Source: a virus
Virus record (IMG/VR): IMGVR_UViG_3300042695_002264
Span: 96,001-160,000 of that record
Length of the DNA stretch: 64,000 nt
Strand: one strand, 5' to 3'
The position numbers were made by a program, and so were the translations under genes. The first letter of the stretch is position 1, and each line of letters opens with the position of its first letter. Positions 39,160 to 49,629 of this stretch are shown piece after piece. The notes beneath the pieces are model-generated. The model did not search any database, was not told the DNA's origin, and saw nothing but the letters and a program-made list of their open reading frames with translations.

Positions 39160-40272
39160 TTAGCTTAATGCTGCCACTGGATAACTTCCAGATAAGAAAA
39201 TACCGCGAACAGTATCTTCTGGTCCGCCAATTGGAACTTCGAAATCGGCACTTAATGTTGCATTTCCACCAATTGTTGTAGCAAGGGCTTGGCTTACCAA
39301 TTTGGCGCCCTTTAGCGTAGCGCTCATAGCTACATCTCCTTGCCCAGAACAGTTGATTTTTTTCAATTTCAATGTTAAATCGTATGTTCCAGTTTGGCAC
39401 AATAAATCAGAAACGCTACCATTAGTTAAATCTCCAATTTCTGTTTCAACAGAAAGAGTTGCTGTAACAGGGAAATCAATTTCTCTTGCAAAAGAGAATC
39501 TACTGCCCAATTTATTGATTGGCGTACGTGTTAAGTCAAAGCTCATAGAAGCGCTTTGAATTTTTAAGTCGCTTGCGGCAAAACCAACAACGCCAGTTAA
39601 ATCAAGAGTTGCATCGCCTGGAAGTAGTGCCGTTGGTTGTGCTCCGTATGCATTTGTTTTATGTTGTGGCAAAACAAAGTACTGACCCGCAATAGACAAT
39701 CCATTTTCAGGATTTACTGCAGGAACATCATTTGTTCCAGTAACATTTCCATAAATTTTTGTATTTAATGCCTCTAAGGCAACTGTTGCTGTAGGTATAT
39801 CTCCAACGGCAACATCAAGCGTATAAGAAGTGATGAATGTATTTCCAATACCAACAACGCCGCTAACACTTCCAGCAAAACTAGAAGCATCACTTCCTTC
39901 AGATGTTACTAAAAGATATAAATTTTTTTCATCTGTATTCTTTTGAAGAATATCTTTAATGCAAGATACTCCAGCTTGGTTACCAGTTGTTACCGTTAGC
40001 CCCAAAAATTTTTCATTAAGGCCATCTGTAACATAATAAGAAACGTTAGAAGTAACGGTTGGTGCTTCTGCATCAAGACGATCAATGAACGCCAAGTTAC
40101 CAAATTGGTTGATGTCTGTTAAATTGCGTGTAAAATCTGAGTCAAAAGACTGTACACGGGTTAACTGTTTGATGTCGCTAGCGCCAGTTTGCATGATTCT
40201 AGCACCATTTGAGCCAGTTGTTTGGCTGGCAAAAACTCCTAGTGATTGATAAATAATTCGATTTCTGCTCAT
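39160..40272 (-). CDS. Major tail (tube) protein
   Basis: Position; own terminator; RVQS...R.DINQFG and repeated IQS...R.PINKLG tube-fold units. Confidence 0.7.
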   Translation of the reverse strand: MSRNRIIYQSLGVFASQTTGSNGARIMQTGASDIKQLTRVQSFDSDFTRNLTDINQFGNLAFIDRLDAEAPTVTSNVSYYVTDGLNEKFLGLTVTTGNQAGVSCIKDILQKNTDEKNLYLLVTSEGSDASSFAGSVSGVVGIGNTFITSYTLDVAVGDIPTATVALEALNTKIYGNVTGTNDVPAVNPENGLSIAGQYFVLPQHKTNAYGAQPTALLPGDATLDLTGVVGFAASDLKIQSASMSFDLTRTPINKLGSRFSFAREIDFPVTATLSVETEIGDLTNGSVSDLLCQTGTYDLTLKLKKINCSGQGDVAMSATLKGAKLVSQALATTIGGNATLSADFEVPIGGPEDTVRGIFLSGSYPVAALS

Positions 40273-40349
40273 ATTTTTATATTAATTTAAATTAAAGTAT
40301 TACTCTTATATAATTACATTTAAAAAGCATGAAAGGCACATTTTTTTTG

Positions 40350-41225
40350 TTATAATCTTGGCTGCCTCACATACTTCACTGTAAAATCAGCAAATCCACC
40401 ATAGGCGTTATTTCCTAAAAGTTTATTAACAGAAGGTGCAAATCTGGATATTTTAACAGATTCAACTAGCGCCATTAGAGAGCCAGTCTGGCAATATTGT
40501 GAGTATAAATTATTAAAATTATAATTTAATCCATTTTTATAATCACCATAAATATTAAAAGGCATATCTTTAGGATGTAGTACTGGAAAATATTTTCTTG
40601 CCATATCTGTGGCTATAGAAACGCCAGCATCTAGCAAATATGGCGAATCAGCCAAAAATATACATCTAATATCCAAAACAGTTTCATCTAATCCGCCAAA
40701 TGCGAATGGTAAATTTTCTGTATATTGACTTTTTACAAAAATAGCTGGATATGTAACTTGGTCATGTTGAAGTGGCGTATTCGCAATATTTCCATAATTG
40801 TCCGTTGGCCTTACTGGATATTTTGCCTCAAATATAAGCTCTTCGTCTTGAGATTCGTTATAATAAACATTATATTCTTTATAAGCATATGATAGTTTTA
40901 AGTTATTAAGATTTGAGGGGGCAGATCCATTAAATATTGTCCTGCCCATATCATAATCAATATAAAGCCCACTCGAACCTTTATTTATAATAACATTGCC
41001 AGCACTTACTCCAGATGGAATATTTGCCCCTATAACTGAGCTATCTGCAACAAATTGTCTATATGGACTAGAATAAATTTTTTTATCTGGAAAATTTGGA
41101 TCTTCAGTTTGATACAATTGCCCGCTATTAACATTTACAAACCCATTACCTTTATAAAGCATTTCATGATCTATAAAGAGCGTGAAGCTTGGTGCTATTC
41201 GATTTAAAAACTGTGGAGACATCAT
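40350..41225 (-). CDS. Putative tail completion/terminator protein
   Basis: Upstream of tube; YPAIFV...PFAFGG. Confidence 0.5.
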   Translation of the reverse strand: MMSPQFLNRIAPSFTLFIDHEMLYKGNGFVNVNSGQLYQTEDPNFPDKKIYSSPYRQFVADSSVIGANIPSGVSAGNVIINKGSSGLYIDYDMGRTIFNGSAPSNLNNLKLSYAYKEYNVYYNESQDEELIFEAKYPVRPTDNYGNIANTPLQHDQVTYPAIFVKSQYTENLPFAFGGLDETVLDIRCIFLADSPYLLDAGVSIATDMARKYFPVLHPKDMPFNIYGDYKNGLNYNFNNLYSQYCQTGSLMALVESVKISRFAPSVNKLLGNNAYGGFADFTVKYVRQPRL

Positions 41226-41229
41226 GCGA

Positions 41230-41820
41230 TTATAATTCCTTTAAATTTTTAATAAATTTTGTCCAAATTGGAGACCAGTATTTTGTTGTTCTATATATTG
41301 ATCCTCTTACAGGACTTTTTGCTTGTATACCGCCGCCAGAACGTCCAAGCTTTTTAGATATAAAGTTTGAAAATCCAGAAATTCCGCGCTCAATAGATAT
41401 TATCCATGACTTTCCAGACTCCCATGGCATTCCAGCATTAGAGACATATTCATTATTTTTAATTTGATCTACTTGAAACTCAAGCACAAAACCATTATTG
41501 CCATTTTGACGCTCGCCACTTTTGCGTAAAATTCTTATCTTTTGCTCTATAAAATTTACCCACTGATCTACCGGATTATCACCATTATCAAAACCTATAA
41601 AAGAAAATAGATTTCCATATCCACCCAAAGTACCAGACGAATTTGAAGACGATGAACCTCCTGCAATTTCTGCAGAAACTGGATGCGCTTTAAAATCATT
41701 TATAAGTTCAATTTTTGCGTTCGCTAGTTTTGTTTCCGCAACTGCACGCATTTGTTTTTGAACATTTGACGTTTTTAAAACTGCTAAATTTAAAAGTTTT
41801 GGATCGACAAGTTTTGGCAT
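41230..41820 (-). CDS. Putative neck/tail completion protein
   Basis: Position; basic. Confidence 0.45.
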   Translation of the reverse strand: MPKLVDPKLLNLAVLKTSNVQKQMRAVAETKLANAKIELINDFKAHPVSAEIAGGSSSSNSSGTLGGYGNLFSFIGFDNGDNPVDQWVNFIEQKIRILRKSGERQNGNNGFVLEFQVDQIKNNEYVSNAGMPWESGKSWIISIERGISGFSNFISKKLGRSGGGIQAKSPVRGSIYRTTKYWSPIWTKFIKNLKEL

Positions 41821-42263
41821 TATTGCATATCCCTTCTTTTTGCGTATATTGTATAAAAATTAATATCAAATAAACCATGTGGCTTTGGAACTCCAACTAT
41901 TTCACATGGCAAATCATCAACATAAAAAGATTGATATCCACTTAAAAAATCATATGCATCTTTTTTCATTTTTAGCCTACATAATTGCCCAGGTAGTGGA
42001 TTTTCAATTGGTAAATTTTCTTCTTTACGAGGGTCTAGCCACTGTATTCTCATTAAAAATGTTCCTGATACTGGTGTCGTATCATACTGCAAATTGGCAC
42101 CCTGCTTATAGCCCCTATACGCTGAAATATAATCATCATTACTTATAATATCAATACGCTCTGGCATTTTATATATAATAACATTTCTTCCAAATGTATC
42201 ATGCAAATTATTAAATTGCGAAGACATTTCTGCTTTTTCTGCAGCTGATAAAAAAGATGGCAT
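41820..42263 (-). CDS. Putative head closure (stopper) protein
   Basis: Position and size; HDTFGR.V.IY. Confidence 0.5.
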   Translation of the reverse strand: MPSFLSAAEKAEMSSQFNNLHDTFGRNVIIYKMPERIDIISNDDYISAYRGYKQGANLQYDTTPVSGTFLMRIQWLDPRKEENLPIENPLPGQLCRLKMKKDAYDFLSGYQSFYVDDLPCEIVGVPKPHGLFDINFYTIYAKRRDMQ

Positions 42264-42266
42264 AAA

Positions 42267-42815
42267 TTATAAACCAGGTTCGCTTCTTGGATAATACACG
42301 CTACGATTTGCTTCCGCCCAATAACCGCCATCGACAACATCAGTTCCATCAACCGATTGTGGTTTGGATTTTGATTTCAAGTATTGTTTTACCAAGTTAT
42401 TGGCATTATCTTGAGCATCCTTACGAAAACCTTGGTAAGTTCTGGCAAGCTCTGATCTATTAACTCTTGTTATTGTGGAATCGCCCTCTTTTAATGTAGT
42501 CCATGCGCCAATATTATATGCACCAGAAAGGGCCATTTTAGCCTCTCTACCATAAAAAAATGTATCAAAATTAGCCTTATAAATTGATTGCTCTTGATTT
42601 CCCAATTGAGGCTCTATGCCAATACCAGTAACCTTTCCGGCATTAGAAAAATAAGGCGTTACTTGATAACATCCATCAATTTGATTATTCAAATAGCCAA
42701 GATTTGCAGGGTCTAAAAACCAACCAACCAAATATGTGCTAGAATAATCGTCTCTGTCGCCCAAATCAGAAGAGACATTATTTACAAAATCATTTAACCA
42801 TTTAGGGTATTGCAT
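42267..42815 (-). CDS. Putative head-tail adaptor (start reassigned to MQYPKW)
   Basis: Position; LKEGDSTITR hairpin; TGTAAT motif just upstream. Confidence 0.5.
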   Translation of the reverse strand: MQYPKWLNDFVNNVSSDLGDRDDYSSTYLVGWFLDPANLGYLNNQIDGCYQVTPYFSNAGKVTGIGIEPQLGNQEQSIYKANFDTFFYGREAKMALSGAYNIGAWTTLKEGDSTITRVNRSELARTYQGFRKDAQDNANNLVKQYLKSKSKPQSVDGTDVVDGGYWAEANRSVYYPRSEPGL

Positions 42816-42857
42816 GTTATTAATTACACGCAATCAGTGCTTAATTAATCTACAAAA

Positions 42858-43223
42858 TTAAGCGCCCTCTCTGAGTATTTTATGAACGTTTTTTGGTACC
42901 GATGATGGTACAGAGGCTGTATTTACCTGTCCGGATTTGAACGATGCCACATGTCTCAAAAATTCATTTACCAATCTTTCTTTTAAGATATGTGATTCAA
43001 CGTCTGGTCTAAGCCCAACATCTCTAGCATGATTTTGAAGATCAACTGGCAACATGTCATTTAATTTTGCAGTATATACCTCTAAATCCATAGTTCCATA
43101 TTTTGACAAACCATCAGATCCCCAAATTTGCTCTAGAGCAGTTGGCTTATTAGCAGCAATTTTTCCATCAATTTCAATATTTTGATTTAATGCTTCTTTA
43201 GATGTGTGTTTCTTTCTTGGCAT
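42858..43223 (-). CDS. Hypothetical protein downstream of capsid gene
   Basis: ORF; short helical (Rho-N/SAP-like) DLQNHARDVGL...LKERL segment. Confidence 0.5.
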   Translation of the reverse strand: MPRKKHTSKEALNQNIEIDGKIAANKPTALEQIWGSDGLSKYGTMDLEVYTAKLNDMLPVDLQNHARDVGLRPDVESHILKERLVNEFLRHVASFKSGQVNTASVPSSVPKNVHKILREGA

Positions 43224-43287
43224 AATATTATTTATTTAATTTATTATAATAATAGCCTAGGCACAATTCTAAATTAATATTTAATAT

Positions 43288-43320
43288 AAAAAAAGAAAAA
43301 GCCCTGATTTCTCAGGGCTT
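43288..43320 (-). terminator. Intrinsic terminator after major capsid gene
   Basis: AAGCCCTGA-gaaa-TCAGGGCTT then TTTCTTTTTTT. Confidence 0.85.
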
Positions 43321-43348
43321 AATCTTTGATTAACTTCTTGAACTTTGA

Positions 43349-44464
43349 TTAGACAATCAAGCCAACTACTGCGCGGCTGTCGAGACATACGCGACCTTCG
43401 CGTAGTTTCATGTACCAGCCCATCTTGTTTGCGCGAGCTTGGAACTGATCATCAACAAGCGTTTGAACTTGACCACCGTTGTCGTCGTATGTTTCAACTG
43501 GACGTAGGAAAGCTCCACGAGCCATGTCGAAACCGACTAGGAGTTCGTCTGTTGCGTTTGCGAATTGTGCTCCACTTGTTCCGTCAGCTTTTGTGAATGA
43601 TTTGCTTCCAGCGAAGAAGTCGAAGAGTTCATTGTATCTCTTACCTTCACCAAGTTCTAGCAATTCGTGAATTGTTACTCCGAAGATTTCAGATGTTCCA
43701 GCACTACGATAGATTTGGCTACGAACTTCATCAGGAAGAGCAACGTTACCAGCAGTTGTTCCAGCACCGCTACGGGTGTTAACTGGATTGTAAGCAAAGG
43801 CGCGAATTTGTCCTTTGATTTCTGGGCTTACATATAGATCTGTAAGTCCAGCTGCTGATGCTGTTGATGTACCACCAAGATAGTCAGCATTGAAGCGGCT
43901 AATTAGTGTCCAGAGAGCGCTAAGATCATCAGGAATGAATGTTCCAGCTGTTGATGCGCGGAAAGCATGATTTCTTCCACTTGTTGATGCGTCTGCAAGA
44001 ACTTTCATGATAACAGCCCATGCGTTGCGCTCTTGTTTTACTAAGAGTTGGTTAGCTGCGAATTCGATGTAGCGAGCTACAACGTTTAGGCGTGCTCTGC
44101 GAGCATAACGCTTGTCAAAGCTGATTGCGCTGTCGAGATCATATGTACGAAGTTTGATTTCGCTTGCTCCAGCAACTTCATTGGTTGGAAGACCGCCACC
44201 AACAGTTTGTGACCAGATGGAAATGTCGCCATATCCTTGACCAAAAAGCGTGTCGATTGGGAATGAAGGAGAATCATCTTCGTTGTATGCTTCATCACGA
44301 TAAATTTGAGCAGCTGATCCAGCATGCATCAAAACTTCTTCAACAACTGGGCTTAAGAAGGCTGCGAAAGCTTCTTGAGCTTCAGCGGCTTCGACTTTAT
44401 TGTTGGATGCCATAGCCTTGATTAGGGCTACTTGCTCTGGTGTATTTTTGAATTCGATTTTCAT
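43349..44464 (-). CDS. Major capsid protein (HK97 fold inferred)
   Basis: Size 371 aa; position after protease and decoration; biased codon usage; IFGVTIHEL; strong terminator. Confidence 0.8.
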   Translation of the reverse strand: MKIEFKNTPEQVALIKAMASNNKVEAAEAQEAFAAFLSPVVEEVLMHAGSAAQIYRDEAYNEDDSPSFPIDTLFGQGYGDISIWSQTVGGGLPTNEVAGASEIKLRTYDLDSAISFDKRYARRARLNVVARYIEFAANQLLVKQERNAWAVIMKVLADASTSGRNHAFRASTAGTFIPDDLSALWTLISRFNADYLGGTSTASAAGLTDLYVSPEIKGQIRAFAYNPVNTRSGAGTTAGNVALPDEVRSQIYRSAGTSEIFGVTIHELLELGEGKRYNELFDFFAGSKSFTKADGTSGAQFANATDELLVGFDMARGAFLRPVETYDDNGGQVQTLVDDQFQARANKMGWYMKLREGRVCLDSRAVVGLIV

Positions 44465-44492
44465 ATTTTTAATTATTTATTCTCCTTTTAAA

Positions 44493-45032
44493 TTAGTTAA
44501 GATTGAACTCTAGAGGAGCATATCCTTGGTCATTTACTGGTCCTAGGAAGCGTCCGATTGCGTTTGCGGCCGTTGCTGCAACAACCTTAAGTGATCCGTC
44601 GCCAGCATCAGCGATTGCTGCGCCAGAGCCAAATGCTGGTGTTCCAACAATACCACTATAAAGAACAAAGCCCTTTGTTGCAACTGGAGCGGCTTGTCCG
44701 CTTACTGTTACATCCATTTCGGCTGCCTTACGTGGATCATAAATTAATGGGTACCCATTTTCGTCAACTGTGCGAACATCTTTGAGAAGCATTCCGAGAA
44801 CGCTTGCTTTTGCTGTGCCAGATGGGGCTGCGGTTACGAGCCAAGGAACATTGAATGTTGCTGAAAGTGTACCATCAACAGATGATAGATTTTCAAGCGT
44901 TAGCTCGTCTTTTAGGTTTAGACCAGAACCAACAGCGGTAACAAATGTACCTTTGTTGGCTGTTGCTCCGTTATATGAGAAGAACGGAACAATGTCGTAT
45001 TGATTGATTGCACGTAGAGGTTTGATATTCAT
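44493..45032 (-). CDS. Capsid decoration/cement protein
   Basis: Gly/Ala-rich 179 aa between scaffold and capsid; LGMLL...V.TKG pattern. Confidence 0.65.
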   Translation of the reverse strand: MNIKPLRAINQYDIVPFFSYNGATANKGTFVTAVGSGLNLKDELTLENLSSVDGTLSATFNVPWLVTAAPSGTAKASVLGMLLKDVRTVDENGYPLIYDPRKAAEMDVTVSGQAAPVATKGFVLYSGIVGTPAFGSGAAIADAGDGSLKVVAATAANAIGRFLGPVNDQGYAPLEFNLN

Positions 45033-45089
45033 AGTGTTTTATTTTTTCTTAGTATATATTACAGTTAAATTTTATTTTTTTCCTAAATT

Positions 45090-45791
45090 TTATCTATTTA
45101 ATTTAATTTTGATGTTATCTCCGCTAAATGCAGCAGCCATACGATCTTTTAAAGACTCTACTGCACCCGCAGCATTGGCTACATCATTTTTTACAGAAGC
45201 TTCGGAAACAGCCTCGGCAACAACTTCTTCTGCCTTAGCTTCTTCTTTTACTTCTTCGGTTACAACAGTTGTTTCTTCAGCGACAGTTTCTTCGCTTGCT
45301 TTGGCCATTTTCATTTTTTCTTCTTCGTTTTTCATCATCTTTTCGGCCATTTGTTTTTTATAAGCTTTGCTCTTAGCAGAAGCTAATGTGGAAAATTTCT
45401 TGAACCATTTTTGAAAATCTTCTTCGCTAGCAATAGCTTTTAGATCTTCAGCAATAATTTCACGATCTTCATCTGCAAGATCATATTCTGAATCGATTGT
45501 TGCCATGCGAGCTTGAAATACTTCTTCAGCTTCTTTAGCGGCGATTTGATTTTTAAGTTCATTTAGAGCTGTTTCTGAATCTTCTTTTGATTTCTTAAGC
45601 TCATCTAGTTGTGCTTGCAATTGGGCAATTTGTTCGCCAAGATTTGTTGCAAGAACTTGCTTTTCATCGGCTTCTTTTTTCCATACTTCAGAATTTTCTG
45701 CAATTTTTTCAGCGATAAAGTCAGTTATTGCTGAAGCTGAAAGTTCTTTCATAGAATCTTCATTAATGTCTTTGATGTCTGTTATTTTCAT
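45090..45791 (-). CDS. Nested in-frame scaffold protein (MKITDIK..., 233 aa)
   Basis: Internal ATG with AT-rich leader; TGTAAT motif at 45820-45825. Confidence 0.55.
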   Translation of the reverse strand: MKITDIKDINEDSMKELSASAITDFIAEKIAENSEVWKKEADEKQVLATNLGEQIAQLQAQLDELKKSKEDSETALNELKNQIAAKEAEEVFQARMATIDSEYDLADEDREIIAEDLKAIASEEDFQKWFKKFSTLASAKSKAYKKQMAEKMMKNEEEKMKMAKASEETVAEETTVVTEEVKEEAKAEEVVAEAVSEASVKNDVANAAGAVESLKDRMAAAFSGDNIKIKLNR

Positions 45792-46682
45792 AATTAAATT
45801 AATTGATGCTTCCTGAGTTATTACATTTTCTAATTGAATTTTATCACATTTTTTTTCATCCTCTTCAGATCCAACCTTTACAAGTTTTAAATCTACAGAG
45901 TCTTCTCCAGAATTGTCTGTTGTAATAATGCCTTTAACTTCTGCTGCTGGAGTTTCAGTCAATCCAATGCCAAGGCTTAAAATAGTATCGCCTTGCAAGT
46001 TTAAATATACTGGATTGCCTTCTTCGTCAGCACCATTACCGCCAAATGTTTTCAATCTGGCTTTTAATTCATTAACGGCTTCGCCATCTACAATTTCACA
46101 CTCTTTAAGATATTTAGATCCTTTAGCAATATTAAATTCTTTAAATGCAACTTCCCACGAGGCAGAAATTGAACCAAATTTATCTGAAGTAGCATCTCCA
46201 GATTCTGATACAACATCGGCAAAGTCAGGATTGACTGCCCTCCAAACAATCCCAGACAAAACAACATTAAATACCTTACCTTCTGAAGCAAGTTCGCGCG
46301 CAGTTGCTTCAGCTATTGGCTGATCATCAGGAAAAGAAGAAAATCCATAATCAGTAATACATCCAACTACATTTTTTCTTTCATGCTCGATATTTATATA
46401 CTTTCCTTTGAAACTTTTAGCAATTGCAATGCCTTTCTCGCCAGAAATCATATGTCCATTTTTATTGCCAAGATTTGGGGTATAGGCATTAAAAGCTACC
46501 CCAAGAATATCGTAACTAGATTCAAAATCAAAATCTTTTGGAAGAAGATTTTTTAACTTATCCGCACTTGCTTTGGCAATATATTGTAAATCTTCCTTAT
46601 CCATAGATACTGCTTTGATTTGAATGCTATCAAAGCGAATATGGAATGGATACTCTTCTAATTTTTTACTTTTTTTTGCCAT
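45090..46682 (-). CDS. Prohead protease fused to scaffold (start reassigned to MAKKSK)
   Basis: NKNGH, INIEHER (His), ISASWE (Ser); acidic coiled-coil C-terminal half. Confidence 0.75.
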   Translation of the reverse strand: MAKKSKKLEEYPFHIRFDSIQIKAVSMDKEDLQYIAKASADKLKNLLPKDFDFESSYDILGVAFNAYTPNLGNKNGHMISGEKGIAIAKSFKGKYINIEHERKNVVGCITDYGFSSFPDDQPIAEATARELASEGKVFNVVLSGIVWRAVNPDFADVVSESGDATSDKFGSISASWEVAFKEFNIAKGSKYLKECEIVDGEAVNELKARLKTFGGNGADEEGNPVYLNLQGDTILSLGIGLTETPAAEVKGIITTDNSGEDSVDLKLVKVGSEEDEKKCDKIQLENVITQEASINLIMKITDIKDINEDSMKELSASAITDFIAEKIAENSEVWKKEADEKQVLATNLGEQIAQLQAQLDELKKSKEDSETALNELKNQIAAKEAEEVFQARMATIDSEYDLADEDREIIAEDLKAIASEEDFQKWFKKFSTLASAKSKAYKKQMAEKMMKNEEEKMKMAKASEETVAEETTVVTEEVKEEAKAEEVVAEAVSEASVKNDVANAAGAVESLKDRMAAAFSGDNIKIKLNR

Positions 46683-46683
46683 A

Positions 46684-46986
46684 TTAATTTTGTTGTGTAA
46701 TTGCACACCAGTATCGACTGCTTCCGCTAGATATTGCACGGACCTCTCCCATTGGAGACGTAGAAAAAACTGGAGCGGCATAGCCAGATCCACTCAATAC
46801 AATATCGTAAAATGGAACGCCTTGATCGATAAAAAATGGGCTCCTATATTGTAATCTGATAGTTCCAGAAGCATTTCCAAAAGCGCTAAATAAGTTTTCA
46901 CGACTCCGACCAATTTCTGCCCATTGACCAGTAAATGGAGCCTGCTGTCCTGTTAAAAGATGTATTGTGTTTAAGAAATCGCTCAT
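46684..46986 (-). CDS. Small beta-rich virion protein (putative)
   Basis: ORF preceded by GTGTAAT. Confidence 0.5.
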   Translation of the reverse strand: MSDFLNTIHLLTGQQAPFTGQWAEIGRSRENLFSAFGNASGTIRLQYRSPFFIDQGVPFYDIVLSGSGYAAPVFSTSPMGEVRAISSGSSRYWCAITQQN

Positions 46987-47057
46987 AATATTATTTATTT
47001 ATTACACATTTTAAAAAGAAATTCCAAATTTGGACTAAATAAAAATTTTTATAATTA

Positions 47058-47711
47058 TTACCATGTAATCCAATGCGACCAAATTCCACTTCTATTATTG
47101 TATGATGCGACTGCAGTTCCAGTTCCCCAAATTAAATCATTTAGACTACTACCACAATTAGTTCCATCAAATCCAGCACCAATAGACCCACTAGAATTCG
47201 ACCAAGCGCATGCAAGCTGAGAGGTATTATAAATACCATGTCCACCAGGGCTACCAAGCATCACCCTTCTTGGGGAATATCCAGATGTAGCAGTGTCAAT
47301 CGGGCCAGTAGGGTTATAAAGTATGGGGGTAGTCCAATACACAGCAGCTCTTATATCAAGAGCGTCTCTTTGAACTAAAAGCCCGCCCATTGGAATATTC
47401 AAACCAAGCATATTTGTTGTTGCGATAGATCTATATACAGATCTAAAAACACAAACCCAGCCTCTAGATTCATAATAATCTGGCTCAAATTCTAAAAGCA
47501 CAGCAGAAGACATACTTCCAGATCTAAAAAAGTATCTACCACTTCTATATCTTAACTGCATAGCCTCAGATGGGCTAGAAAGAGGCTTGCCGGGCGTGAT
47601 CCCCTTATTGAATTTATCCATTATTATAAATGGCTTCATAGAGCCACCTAATGCACCATTATGCAATCCATTATTTAACGAGCCGCTTAGCTTTGCCAAT
47701 AGACTGCTCAT
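47058..47711 (-). CDS. Putative fibrinogen-like/lectin virion protein
   Basis: S..EA....SGRYFF...GWVCVF pattern; C-terminal Cys pair. Confidence 0.4.
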   Translation of the reverse strand: MSSLLAKLSGSLNNGLHNGALGGSMKPFIIMDKFNKGITPGKPLSSPSEAMQLRYRSGRYFFRSGSMSSAVLLEFEPDYYESRGWVCVFRSVYRSIATTNMLGLNIPMGGLLVQRDALDIRAAVYWTTPILYNPTGPIDTATSGYSPRRVMLGSPGGHGIYNTSQLACAWSNSSGSIGAGFDGTNCGSSLNDLIWGTGTAVASYNNRSGIWSHWITW

Positions 47712-47716
47712 ATAGT

Positions 47717-48172
47717 TTAATAATTTTCAGCAATAACAGTAACTGTAATCTGGCCATTAAGACCCAAATTATTCATATATCTTGCAACTAACTGGGCTCC
47801 TGATTCAACAGGATAATATCTTTTGCCAGCACTGTCTATTGGATATGCCGGAGATCCACTAGCAGAAAGAACATCTATTGGCGGTGTTGCTCCAGAGCCT
47901 GCCATTGGCGGAATACTAAGGGTTGTAAATGGATGTATTGCTGTTGGCTCATTTCTATTTGCGCCAGAAATAGCAAACTGCATCGGTATTGTCAATGCAG
48001 CAGGAGCGACGGCACCAGTTACTGTAGCGATAACGTTTATTGATTTAACCAAACTGTCATCATTACCAGCTGTAAAAATAGTTTTATAAATTCCACTTTC
48101 TCCAAAAGCAGTAAATGTCTGTCCAGCGTTTATTATTTCTTTAGTTAAAAAAAGTGATGTTTGTTTTGCCAT
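47717..48172 (-). CDS. Putative small virion structural protein
   Basis: TIFTAG..DS.VKSI; beta-sandwich-like. Confidence 0.45.
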   Translation of the reverse strand: MAKQTSLFLTKEIINAGQTFTAFGESGIYKTIFTAGNDDSLVKSINVIATVTGAVAPAALTIPMQFAISGANRNEPTAIHPFTTLSIPPMAGSGATPPIDVLSASGSPAYPIDSAGKRYYPVESGAQLVARYMNNLGLNGQITVTVIAENY

Positions 48173-48189
48173 ATTATATAATCCTTACA

Positions 48190-49629
48190 TTAAATATATC
48201 TTAAAATAACTAAATTTCTAATAGTTTCATTTTCTGCTTGTTGCGCTGCTTCTTGCTCTGGGGTTATTGTAACTAATCTACCACTATTAATATTCAATGT
48301 TTTTGTATTATTGCTGTAATATAATCTACCCTCTTGGTACGGAATATTCGTGTCAGAGTTCGGAATAAAATCAATTGTATTAAAATTTCCACTCGTATAT
48401 TTGACTGTTATGGTTTGTGATGGGTAACCATCTTTGCTAATCTCTATTCCGCTTACGCCATCTATATTCACTGCACCATATGAATTATTTAAACTTGTAA
48501 TTCCAGAATTTCCTGCCTCAATAAGTCCTGTCAAAAATCCAGAAAGATTATCTAAATATCCTGATATAATTTGAATACCAGTATTCAATGTAGAAGTTGC
48601 TTGTCCAGAAAAAATATCAAAAATATCTTTTGTTACTACATTTTTAACATAATTTGCTGAAGCAATTGCGCGACCCCCAAGAACAATATGTAAATTTGTA
48701 AGATTATTTAGCCCCCTATAGATATCTATTCCAACAATTTGTCTTGGTAAAATATATTTATCTTGACCTATTAAATTAAAAGACGCAAATGTGCCAGTCG
48801 GCATTGTAAAATTTGTTATTGTTGTTCGCGTATTAGATTTTGGATCACGATAATAAAATCTACCACTAAGCGGCTGCTGAATTGTTAATGGATCGCCATT
48901 TCCAATCGTACTAGATCCAGTTGATGCCGAATAAACACCCCATCTTGTAGCTATAAATTCATTTGGCAAATAATATTCCAGAACGGTTTCTCCAGTTATA
49001 GATCCATATTCCAAGAAAAAAGAAATGGCAGAATCTCCACTACTCATTATTACGCCATCGCTTACATTGGCTTCATTTATATCGTTATATCTCCCTCTTA
49101 AAGAAACTATTAAGTCTTCTGCCCCAGACAATCCAGAATATATATTCCATCCAATAATCGTATCACCGCTAATTGTAGTTTCTGGAATTACTCCAAAATT
49201 AAAAAACTCACCAGAATTTATCCAAAACGAAGTAACTGTTGTTTTGCTATTTGGATCGGTCAAACTTCTAGTATAAAAATCTCCAGTAAGTGGGCCAAAT
49301 AATAGTTGACTTGGATTTGACGGATTTACATGCGTTGGTCCAAGACCACTTCTTCCTAAAGAAACGCTCCATCCAGTAACAATATATGATGATGCTGTAT
49401 ATTCCTCATATAATGACATTCCAGTATATGGAAAAGATGCAAAATAACTTGGGGGCTGTAGGCCTATTTCGTATGGCAATACAATAAATGGATTTGCTCC
49501 AGGCACAGCCAATGGCCTTCCATCAATAAGTAAAGTTTCTTTCCAATCATCAACTGTCACATGGCTGCCGCTCATAAAAATAGAGGCAACATTCAGATGT
49601 GAACTAGATGTTTTAATTCTATTTTTCAT
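48190..49629 (-). CDS. Putative fibre protein with tandemly duplicated ~135-aa domain
   Basis: PLTGDFYTR..IIGWNIYSGL vs PLSGRFYYR..IVGIDIYRGL; one shaft repeat; about 23 [S/T]G. Confidence 0.55.
   Translation of the reverse strand: MKNRIKTSSSHLNVASIFMSGSHVTVDDWKETLLIDGRPLAVPGANPFIVLPYEIGLQPPSYFASFPYTGMSLYEEYTASSYIVTGWSVSLGRSGLGPTHVNPSNPSQLLFGPLTGDFYTRSLTDPNSKTTVTSFWINSGEFFNFGVIPETTISGDTIIGWNIYSGLSGAEDLIVSLRGRYNDINEANVSDGVIMSSGDSAISFFLEYGSITGETVLEYYLPNEFIATRWGVYSASTGSSTIGNGDPLTIQQPLSGRFYYRDPKSNTRTTITNFTMPTGTFASFNLIGQDKYILPRQIVGIDIYRGLNNLTNLHIVLGGRAIASANYVKNVVTKDIFDIFSGQATSTLNTGIQIISGYLDNLSGFLTGLIEAGNSGITSLNNSYGAVNIDGVSGIEISKDGYPSQTITVKYTSGNFNTIDFIPNSDTNIPYQEGRLYYSNNTKTLNINSGRLVTITPEQEAAQQAENETIRNLVILRYI

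Noticed and set aside
46683-46793. Upstream extension of the protease ORF given in the track
   Set aside because: It overlaps ORF 46684-46986. The ATG at 46682 fits the operon packing; several other starts were shortened for the same reason.
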